A stretch of DNA of 63,345 nt, filler included, from Lenisia limosa (taxonomy: Eukaryota; Protista; Breviatea), in the NCBI GenBank assembly GCA_001655205.1. It is 15 parts of 15 records of this genome, joined end to end, with 100 filler letters (N's around TTAATTAATTAA, not from the genome) between each part and the next. Parts side by side here need not be neighbours in the genome. Positions count along the whole stretch, not along the records: positions 32,773 to 59,795 come from LPNZ01008342.1; 14 more parts are not named here. The stretch is one strand, 5' to 3'. Below the pieces are notes generated by a model that had not been told where the DNA came from, ran no database searches, and saw only the letters and a program-made list of their open reading frames with translations. Made by a program: the position numbers and the translations under genes. Position 1 is the first letter of the stretch; each line of letters opens with the position of its first letter. Below are positions 39,001-50,761 of the stretch, one piece after another.

Positions 39001-42000
39001 GCGGAGCTTGGGCTGCCAATATAAGATAATTGGGGGAGTAACATTGAAAAAATAATGAACAGAAATAGCCCAAATTAGCTCTGTTGGCTGACAACACTCG
39101 AGAGTTGATAACAAAACAAAACCCAGGCCGGGGACAGTATGTGAGCAAAACGAAAAAAAAAATATTAATAGTGGTGGTAGTGGGGTAATTAGCCAGATAG
39201 ATAGCAAAATGAGAAGAGTAATGGTGGGGTATATAGTGCATGATAGAAGCCAAATACGCAGTGACCGGATAAGTCTTGACCGATTTGCTATGTGGTTTTC
39301 CTAGGAAAATAAGTCAGACCTATCCCGGTCACTGTATATGCTCCACCCACGTTGTAGTTGACCGGGGGCTGTCAATGTCTTCATACGGTTCCGAGGGGGT
39401 GAACGGAGGGTCCGAGTCTTCACTGTTCATCATTGCTGTGGGAGGGGGGTGACCTTGGAACTGGTTCGACAGTTTCATCAGATAAAGAAAATATAAGAAA
39501 GTAAAATGAGAAATATGTAAAATTGTCTTCCGGGTATTACATTAAACTCAAAGAAGCCCCCTCTAATCCTCTATAGTCTTCTACCCAAGCGTACTAGGAG
39601 ACTGCTGCGTAAAGGGCCGCGAAGTATTGTCATTGAAATAGTCCTCAATCTAATCCGCTATAAAGGGTTTAAACAAGCAAGATACTTCCTATAGTATAAG
39701 GTCTTCATTTAAAAATTGTAAAGTAATCTGTCTATGCTGTATGTTAATATATATTATATGATATAGTATATGTGGGTCCTCAAAGCTCCGGACACCATTC
39801 AAAATTCCCGGACACATCAAAACTCCCGGACAGCTTGAAGTTAATGCCTTGTATAGGCCATTGCTAGTGTTTTTTGAAAATCTGTTTCGACAGATGCAAA
39901 GAGAAATGGTCCTCCTCATGTTCCCTAACTTTTTTCAATTTTGAGCAAACGTCAAAAATCCGTGAATTTGGTCTCCCGGGGTCCCCCTTTTGCCTTTTTA
40001 CAGGATTTTTTTCTGAATCTTACCCTCTTTAAGTGTTAAGAAACAAAAATTTGCACCCCTCGGAGTATTTGGTTCCGGGTTCCACTTTACTTTGGCTATG
40101 GAATTTTGAGAGAAAATTGCTCAAAATAGCACTGTCTACAAGGGTAAAATTTCCCGGATAGTTGCCATTTATTCCTTGAATGTGGCCTTTTATAACGGTT
40201 TTTGCTTGTTTTTGACAGTATTTGGACCATTAACAGAGAGCTCAGGGACTTAATTTGGTTTTGACCCGACAATATGTTAAATTGGGGTTTCATGCTTTAA
40301 TTAAGATTGAGATTACTTTCGAAAACAAAAAGGAAATAGGGTTTTTGGGTGGTTTATGGTGATTGTGTAGGGGAAAACTCAAGCTGTCCGGGAGTTTTGA
40401 TGTGTCCGGGAATTTTGAATGATGTCCGGAGCTTTGACTATACATATTATATATATTATAGATACTATATGATATATATTTGTTTGCCTTGACTTTTTTT
40501 TTACACTTTCTAGCAATCAAAAAAAAAAGCACATCTAGTACATATGATATGTCAAATAGCATAAATGTGCTGGTATACATATATCCTATTAGAATGCGGG
40601 CCAACCAGAACAGTGTTTTCTGGGAAGTCACCGCCAATTGGCAAAGGGACCGGATGGGGGGTTGCTTCAGCAAAAGTGTTCAAAGGAATTGACTCGTCAA
40701 TCTGAGAGGGAGGGTAAAAAAAGATACATAATAACCAGAGGGATTGTAAAAAAGAAAATAAACAGGCGAATTGGTTGACAAAAAGAGTGATAGTGATGGA
40801 AATCCATTTTGTGTGACAACAGAAGGGGGGTATGAGACTACTTTGGGTTACGCCCCTGCTCACAGGTCCTTGTGTGACCTCCTCCGACGGGAGAGAGAGA
40901 ATGCCGATGATGCGCATGAGCCAGTCCGAACCTGACACGTGGTGCAATAGTCGGTCATGCAGCTGTATTGTGAAGGACGCAGAGAAAAGGTTCAGGATAG
41001 GGGGGAAGACAAACAAGCAGAGATAATATATATAGAAACAGTGGTGATGGTAAATTATATGTGACATCCTACCGCGATAATCAAATTCGAGTCAGAGATG
41101 TACTTGGTGTTATCCGCATTAGAGACCAGGGTGATGGACAGGGCGGGTGGTGAGGACGATGCAACTGTTGACATTGGGGAAGGCACTAAGACGTCAACGT
41201 GACAGCTGAACAATACGACCGTGAAAATTGGGATGCCCCAACAGCACAATTACAGTAACTCTCTATGGTAGACTTGTTCATATATTCCGCCTCTAAAAAA
41301 ACATTTCTTGAATATCCCATGAAACACCTCGACAGTCACCTCGACAGTCACCCTCCTCCACCAACCAGAGGGTTTAGAGGTGGACGCAGTGGGCGAGTCG
41401 ATGATGATGGGAACACGCAAAGGGTCGTGCTCTCCTCCGCAGACGGTGTTGACGCTGACAGGTGGTGTGGGCTGTGGACGTTAACAGTTTATGAGAGTAG
41501 ATCATATTAGGTTTAAACACCCAATTATTTCTCGCACAAATCTATTACGTAGCTGTCTGTGTGCCTCCCCAGTATAACTGATAGCAGCTTTGGTTTGATT
41601 TCCAATCAATCTCTCGGAGCCCTAATAAAAGTAACAATCTTTCGTCCTAACCCACCCATCCACTTCCGGGGGGAAGCTCAAAGAGAGACGCACTTTGTGC
41701 AACTATGGCGGTGAAATCAGGTTATTTTGACTGTCATCAATAGAAAAAAAGCAGTTAGCATCAAACAACCATTACTTACTGATATTGAGAGTGCTCACTG
41801 GCCGCCCTCCCAAGTTACTAACCTGTTGCGTTAATATCGGAATAATAGTGGAGATGGAGTCAGAAAAAGGCAATACTATCAAGAATGGGGAGATTAGAAA
41901 CATAATATTCAAACAAAACTACAAAAAAAAAACAACATTCAAAATTCATTGCAATACAAAGTATCGCCCCATACTGAAAGAACCTCCAGGTTGCTTCCCT

Positions 42001-45000
42001 CAATTTCGTAAGAGAACTTCCCAATGGGGATAGCAGGCATGGCTTCATGGAAAGGCGGTGTAATAATGGGGGTCTGGGGGGTGAGCTGATAAATGGCGGA
42101 ACTAATGAAACAGGCTCTAGCACAAATAAAGCTGAAGACAAAGAGAAATGGCTTCCTTCGCTTAAGCCATGATGTATTGAACTCACCATTGAGTCCTCAT
42201 GCAAAACAACCAGTACAGAGGCCACGGAGACTTTGATGGAAAACACAGTGCGAGTAGCCGTGGACGGCATCAGTGCCAATCTAAAGATTAGAGGATGCTG
42301 TGGTGATATTCATGATATCATGGTAATGGATGTGGTGACATTCATTATAATATGGTAATGGATAGCTGTGGTGATATTCATGATATCACGGTAATGGATG
42401 TTGTGGTGACACACGTATCCATGAAAACAAGAAGAAGTATGATCAATACAACAATACAAGAGAGGATGGTTGTGGTTGTTATGAGAGTAAGAAAATAGAG
42501 TATGGTTGTGGCATGACATAAGCGCACCACCCCCAGTTTCAGGTGCATACGCATGGTGAACACCAGTATCGACCACGGTGTCTCCAGCCATTGTGGGGTA
42601 GCTCTGGTTTCCTTCAGAGGGGGGCATTACCTGGGCGGAGGGGGGAGTGAAGTAAAGGAAATTTCAATGAAGATTGGCGAAAAAATAGGGAGGGAGGTTG
42701 ACAATTTTGAAACAATTGGGCGATTTAATTATTGATTTTTTTTCAAAATTCGGAAACTGGTCAACTTTTCAAATTTTGAGAAGTTCAAAATTTTAAAATT
42801 ATCTTTATACAATATGAAGGAGTTTGAGGTGGATGATTTTGAGTAGTAGGTCTGCCTCTGAGTCTTGCAGACAAACTTGCTTCAACAAGCAAAATTTTGG
42901 CAACGAAAATTGTTCATGATGGTCCCAGCTCAGCTCTCTCCCTTGTACCATACTATGTACATTCAGTGTGCTTACTTTACGAGATGCCCTTTTAAAAAAC
43001 TCCAATAGATATAACCCCGACCTCCTTATAAAGTGGAAAGACTTGATAGATATGATATTTTACAAATAATATCTTTATTATCGTTAATGACATTAGTGAG
43101 GGTGATGAAAAGTTAAACTGAATCTTTGCGAGATGTTTTTTCCAATATTTGATTTTTTTTTTTGTTTTTTTTTTTNNNNNNNNNNNNNNNNNNNNNNNNN
43201 NNNNNNNNNNNNNNNNNNNNNNNNNNNNNNNNNNNNNNNNNNNNNNNNNNNNNNNNNNNNNNNNNNNNNNNNNNNNNNNNNNNNNNNNNNNNNTTTTGAA
43301 GAATATCAAAATTCAATTATTTTTAAAAAAACCACAACGGGGGATAAATTTGATCTGACTAAAGGTGTGTGAATCCTACAATCGATCCGATCGGGATATA
43401 GCACTAATAATAATAGAATAAAGAGATTGTTTTTTTGAACTAAAACAAATTTCAAAGTATGGAAGTGTCATGGACAATGGAACTCATAGCTGTAGTTCAC
43501 TCATTGTGCTTGGATATTTAACCACAAAGCCTGGTGATTCTGACGCCGGGGGTGTGCCGTACACGGAAATACAAAATTGTAGACGAAAAGAGAAAAAAAC
43601 AAAAAAAAAAAAANNNNNNNNNNNNNNNNNNNNNNNNNNNNNNNNNNNNNNNNNNNNNNNNNNNNNNNNNNNNNNNNNNNNNNNNNNNNNNNNNNNNNNN
43701 NNNNNNNACCCTCTCACCACAGACTCCCCATAAGTCCCAATAGAAGCCGTGTCATCAGGCCCAAAGAAGGAAGCCGTATGTGCAGACGCCGCCGATCGGT
43801 TGGAGTGCTTGAAGGTTCCGAGGTACTCCGTGATGGTTGGCTCGCCCAGTTCGGTTACCAAGGTCACCGTATCGTCACGATCAGCAAAATGCACCTTGTT
43901 CGGGTCGTCTTGACAAAGTTATGGAATCATTGAAAATAAATGGGAAATTTTCAAACTTAAAATTCCAATTAATCAAAGAATCCAAAAGAAACACCATCCA
44001 ATCTCACCCAAGGCAGCAACAAATACAACCGGGTTTGACGTTGGCTGGTCAAAGGCGTAGAACGCTTCTTCAAGGCGGCCTGCTATGTGTCGTGACTGAG
44101 GGGGTCAGAAGTTTTGCATTTGTCTGTAGGGTACATGTATTGTTCAGAAGAAAAAATACATTGTATGTGGTCTAAGCAAGATAATCACTACACTCCCTCG
44201 ACTATCATAGTGAATACAAATGGAGAACACACCCCCCGATCAGTCTCTCCCAGCTACAGCAGACCTTTGGCGCGTTCGAAAAGTTTTTGCGGGATATAGT
44301 TCCGACATATTCCGCCAAATGCCTGAAGGGTTCAGAAGAGTTTGGGTTTTTCAAGCTACTGGTTCAATAATATGATGCTTGGATTTATGTTCATCACAAG
44401 GTAATGGGTGGAAATAAAACATTATTTTGCTTGCTAAAAAATTCAACTGTTTTTGAAAGGAAAAGCTGAGTTCATGTTAGCACAGTACTGATGTATGTCA
44501 TTCACATATTAAATGGAGCCGTCCCCACTGCTCCTGCCCTGTTCTCATGGTTGTTGTGGGAGCAAGCGTTACTGCCAAACTAAAAGAATAAGATCAGAAC
44601 ACAAACAACAGGGGATATGCGGTGTCAGTAATAGCATTAGTCTATAACCAATAACCCACTCTTTGGGTTTACTGTAATTGAAAAAAAAGAAGAGTAAATC
44701 TTCCACCCCGTCAAATATTGAGCAAAGATCCCCTTCAACACAATTGTTACCCCCAACATACGTACACATTGGCATCGCTGCCATTAGTTTGAGACGCGCT
44801 ATTTCTGCTGCTGCTGCCGGCTCGTGATCATCAGCAAGATTATCCAACATTGACAGGATAGACTGGGGATGACGATGAGGGAGTAATAATGTTTAAATCA
44901 AGAGATATCCTACAGAATGATTTAAAAAGATGCTCTCAGACTCACGCGATAGTCTTCAGCCGCAATATCAGCCGAAACAGACACCATTGACAGCTCCACA

Positions 45001-48000
45001 TGCGTCATGGTGTTGCTATAAGATCAGTATGCTTTTCTGTCCATAAAGTATTTGCGCTAAAACAAAAACAAAATATAATCATATTATCAGAATGAAGCCA
45101 TTGCCTTTTCTCAAGGGCATTCCGCAACCTACAGCATGACCTGTGCAGTGTAGGCCGCAATATCTTCACGGTCCGGTCCACGAGGAGCCGACTGCTCACT
45201 GTCAACTGTCACCACCCGCGAGGACCCGAGGGGTAGCCCTGGTGCGGCTGGGGAGGGGGGGTAATTGAGAGACTTTTACAACGAAGTAAAAATATTATGT
45301 CAGCCTCGGGACTATTAATGTAAAACAAACTCTTCGAAATGGTTCCTTACTAAAACATATTCCTATACCCAAATGATATAAATGCTTACGGGGCGGCTCA
45401 TCAGTCACGGGATTCAGGTGGATGTCAAGTTGCACGCCGTGACCTTGGGGATGTAAAATTGGAAAATTGATGAAACAAAAAAAACCCAAATCAACTCTGT
45501 TGGCTGACAACACACAAGGGTGACCTTGGGGGAGTAAAATAAATTGAGATGGGGAGGGGGTGGAGCAATAATGTTGATANNNNNNNNNNNNNNNNNNNNN
45601 NNNNNNNNNNNNNNNNNNNNNNNNNNNNNNAATGTTGTATAGAGCTGTGATTCCAATTTGTTGATAAGACGCCAGGCTAACCGTTGCCTTGCTCTGGTCG
45701 AGCAAAGAGAATTCGTTTGGCAACAATGCATTGCTCCACTTCTGGAGAGAATCAAAGCAAAAATACAACAGCTGGGTGGGGAGGCTAAGCCATAGCCCCT
45801 CTCACGTGTCGTCCTGGGGGAGACGAGTTCCGGAACCGCGTCCGGATCGAAGAAGTCCGACGGCTGTCTGACGGGGCTCTCGCGTGCCGCCATATCTGAG
45901 GATGAAGAGGCATACACGGCGGCGGATAGTCCTAGAAGGGTAATGCATGAGGACATTCCAGGAATACAGGGATTTGGGGTTCTAAAGAATAATACAAAAT
46001 GTATCATAATAACAGGTGGAAGCGCTATCAAGCTGATTGGGTAAAAACAAAATTAGTCGCTTGTAAAGTACATAAATTATGCAAATGAAAGAATATCAGT
46101 TTTGATATACTATAACCTTCCAAAAAAAAAAGTCTGTCCATTGCATCGCTAGTTTCAAACCTTTGAGGGTCATGAGGGGTGGTGCCATTGAAGAATCCAT
46201 AACTGCACTTGAGTTGGTGATCTGACACTCTGGGAGGGCGTAAGATTAGAGAGGCCAACTGGTAACAAAAGAGTAAGGTGACGAAGATCAGCAATCAATC
46301 ACATGAACGTACCAAATAAAAACCTGTATAAATCCTATACAGCCAATCCACCATCTTGATGCTAGTCCAGTATACCTCGAATGGCCACAGCAAGGCCTTG
46401 GTCAAGGATCGCGGTAGGGTGTCGTAGACCGCTTACCTTTTCGGGGATATGCAGATCAACCTGGGGTAAGGTGAGAAACTGGTTTCGACAAAGCCAATCA
46501 GCCTCTGCTGAATCAAAAAATGAAAAAATCAGAAACTCAGAAACACTATGTGAATGTGAATGTGATTTTTTTTTGTTTATGTTTTTTTCTTGCTGCAATA
46601 CACAATAAGATCTTCAAAAAACAATCGCTAATACGTATGGATTATATACATTACCTTGAAACATAACCCTACTCTACTCCCAACCAACCTCTAAAAGGGA
46701 CGTATACACACTGACATTAAATGGGGGCGACTGTAAACATAAGGACTGGAGAAAATATGGTTTAAAAACATAATCAACATAAAATATCTAAAAAACATAT
46801 CAGCCTAACCACCAACATCGGAAGCCTCGCCGGAAGCGGCAGCAGACTTCTCGGGACCCGAACCAAAAAACGCAGCCAATCTATCCACCGTCCGAAGGTC
46901 GACGGTGGCATGGGCCGGGGAGACGTGCAGTGATAAGGAAGGGCACTCGGAGTCGTCCAAGCTCTCGAGGTCCGGCTCGCCATAGGGCGTTTCGGGAGGC
47001 GTTTCTATGGAGTAAGTGGAGTATTAATGGGGTGGGGGGGTTGGAAAATTTATGAAACAAAAAAGCCCAAANNNNNNNNNNNNNNNNNNNNNNNNNNNNN
47101 NNNNNNNNNNNNNNNNNNNNNNNNNNNNNNNNNNNNNNNNNNNNNNNNNNNNNNNTCCAGCGTAAAAAGAAGGAAATTTAACAAAGAAAATTATGAAAAT
47201 ATTGGTGGGGTAGTGGGTACTCAGAATGATGAATTGAGAGAGAGAGGAGAGATGTAAACAAACAGTTGCATAATTTCGCGAATTTCCCGATTTTACCGAT
47301 AAAAACCAAGCCAACCTCTGCGGCCGAGAGGAAGACGTAGGTTAAGCTTGGCAACCGTGACAGACGGGTTGACTTCCAAATGCGGCGCCGCGACCGGGAA
47401 GGGCAAGTGGCGGGATGGAAGGTCGACGTCAGGGTCCCCGAGGGTACCCGGGGGTTCGGACATCCATTTTAGGGACTCTGCAACTGATATGGCCTGGGAG
47501 GGAGGGGGGTCAGATGGAGGGAGATACACAAAAAAAGAGGAATGGAGGCAAATTGGAGTTCCACAAAGAAAAAAAGCTTCATGGACATGAATATCTGCAA
47601 TTTCAAATATAAACAATTAAACAAGACCATACCTCGGGAAGAATTGAGAGTAAGGGCCGAGACTCACGCAGCGGCGGCTGGAAGTCGTCGGGAGATGAGC
47701 TGTTGCGCATCTGAAGAGTAAACATGTTGTTGAAGACCTCTCATTCAAAAACATATTCAGCTCTGTCAATTTTTTTGATCAGTTTGCCGATATATCCCAT
47801 TTCATGAAGCCTCTCAATGACATCCTCATTTGGACAGAGTAAGTGGCGAACGCTTATCTTGCCCCCCCCCCCCACCTTAGCCCGTCTGATGATCTCCGAC
47901 TTTTGCACTTCGGGCTCCAGAGGCATTGTTTCCGTCATGCCCAGGCCGGCTATCGTAACGTCTGCCTCGAAGAGCGAGTTGAGGCTGAGGACAGTTCGGG

Positions 48001-50729
48001 CGACGAGATGGTCGGCCCTAAGATGCACGCTTCCACCATACCTGAAGAACGTTAAATACTGGAGGATTTAGGATTAAAAAACAAATGAAATGAGATTTTT
48101 ACCCATTGGAAAATAAAGGAATATTGAAAAAAAGAAATCAAGATAGCCGAATGAATATTTGGAGAGATATTAGCAAAAGTAATGTCAAATGTGCGTTAAA
48201 AACTCTTTCACTTTATTCTACTCGTTCTCTTCTTTTGAAGTTGGATTTTGTGGTTGTTAAGTTGGTTACGGTTTTGAGTGGCCATGATGGTGTTCCGTCG
48301 CTACAAAGAAGAAGCACCAATGAAGTTTTATTGTTACAGGCTTGGTGGTATCTCCTCCATTTTCCCAGTTCTGGTTGGCCCGTATAAGGCAAGATTTGAA
48401 TCTTTGGGTTGTTTTCATAATTCAGGTCCACATCTACGTCAAGGGCAAACCGCTCTCCTTTACACTTCGATCGCACCGTGTTCTTTCTCCGTCCGCATTG
48501 ATCGGCCCCCGAATGCGTGACGCTTTTGAGCAGGCACATGCCATGAAGCTTGCATCCGCCGAACACCCTAAGAAGAAAGCCGAAAAGGATAAGAGGTATG
48601 TCCAGTTGTGGTTGTATCCAATCATATATAATATAGTTTCCACGAGTGTATATTTTAGCGCTTCCGTTCACGTTCGAAAAAAGACTAATTATATTGTTAT
48701 TTAAATTCTTAATGCTCAGAGTGAGAGCATCAAGGGTATCACTAAGTTGCAATGCACTTGAAAAGCACGGGCTTTACACTGCGTCTGAGCTTGTCAAGGT
48801 TAAGATGGACTGCAGGAGTAGGGTCACCAAGCACATGAAGAGAGCAGCTGAGCACGCACAATCGGTATCTCTTTATAAAGTGAATTTAACAGTAATTGTG
48901 GTACTCACAACACTCGGGATGTGTTAGATAGATAGTTTGATGAATCGGAAGCGGATAGATTGACAATATCTTATGAAGGTGCAGTTTAAGGAGTCAACAT
49001 CAAATCCCAGCTTAACATGTTCTTCTGTATTTCAACGTCGCCCAAGAATAAGTTCATTTGATGAGGAGCTCTTCCACTCCAGCAACCTTGAGACGCCATC
49101 GTGAAGTACAACATCCTACAGTCCCGCAGCCTCTCCATTGGCTCTGTTTCACGTCGTCACTGGGCCAAGTTCCGGGCCTACCGGCTATTCACCAAGGGAG
49201 GGGCCCTTTTGACTCGCACAGCCTTCCAGGTTGCGGTGCGGTGAGGTGTTAAAAAAATAGATACTCTGTTTATAACATGTTAGAGGCTACATGATCAAGG
49301 GACGCACTGTTCCGTTGAAAGCCTGGGGACAGTATTCCGAAGAGCTTGTTGTGTTGTTGAAGGTTGTGTTTCAAACAGCTGAAGCAAGGTTTAACCTGTG
49401 TTTTCCTGAAATAAAACAACAGGATATGTGCGTTGTGTCCAATTGGGGAAATAGAATGTGCCCATCTTTTTGATCTTGTAGAATTGCTGAGATGAACAAT
49501 AAAAATAACAAAGAGATACTAAAGTGAAACAATAAAAAGAAACCGTTCATACTACAATATTTCAAAAGAATAACACGTTCTGTATCACAAACAAACAAAA
49601 AAAAAATGTAAGAAATATAATATGCAATTGCAATAATGATAATAAGAGTCAACCCACTCACCAATCCATTGGACAACCCGCAGGTAAAACCAGTTCTGCT
49701 TGGAAGACACTAATATGGGCTGAAAGCCGGATAGTTGACGAAGAGGCGCTGAAACTGACCGGCGCTGCCTGGTCCGGCTCGGGGTCAAACTGGTCAGGTC
49801 CGAAACTGAAACCAGTGATGGGAGAAAACTCAAGATGGTTGTGGAGTATTTTGCGGAAATAATGACTGTAAAGGTTAGTCATATTGAATATATTGCTTGA
49901 ATAGAATAAAAAACAGGTTCAAAAACAAGGGGCAAGTGCAATAATTGAATTCATATCATTTTCTCTGAAATTGAATTGTACATTGCGTACCTGTAGTAGA
50001 GCTCAGAAATTGTGTCATCAGCATCGGCTCCAGTATCATTCTAAAAGTCATCAACAAAACCCTGCCGAAAGGTAACAATCACATAATCGTAAATCCATAC
50101 AACGTGGAGGATCAATATTACATAACTTTATTGAATCAATCTTTGAAAGGACTTGAACCATGGAGTGTTTAAGAGTAGTCCGTGGAAATACAATCCGAAA
50201 CACATCAAAAAAAAGGGATGTATCAAACATAACATATGATATTATGTCCCAACAAACTTTGATGAGCGAAATCACCGTTTCAAAATCGGAAGCTGTCATT
50301 GTTCTGGCCAATGTGTGAACCTGATGTTTATAAACAAAAGTTAAGCCAATCGTCGATCACGATCAGTCCAAAATAAAAAAAACTTCCTTGTCTGTTGAAG
50401 GCACAGTTTGTTATCGTGTCATACGTTCTAGACAACAAAGAAACTGGTCGACATCTTAAGTACATTGGGTCACCCCTGCCACCTCCTCATCATCCTGGGT
50501 TGCTTGGGCTGCAGCTGTCACACCGTTGAAGCTGTGGAATGCCTCACCATCCATGTCCACTGTTGGCGAGGGAATGTCTGGGAAGTAAAAGGAATTCGTG
50601 TGTTGTTGCGTGGGAAGGGGCATGCTTTAAAATTAATAACAAATAAAAGAGAACATTGACCCTCAAATACTGAGAAACAAAGAAGTATCTGAACACCTTA
50701 TATTGAAAAACATACATATAGTAGTATAG

Positions 50730-50761
<32 letters not shown>

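Noticed and set aside
44250-44400. Plus-strand exon-like segment inside ATG2
   Set aside because: A phase-compatible minus-strand exon fits between its neighbours; no multi-exon plus-strand chain
48330-48820. Ultra-short (15-20 nt) introns in the nested gene
   Set aside because: Candidate GT..AG stretches can be read through in frame or give stops when removed; other introns here are at least ~34 nt
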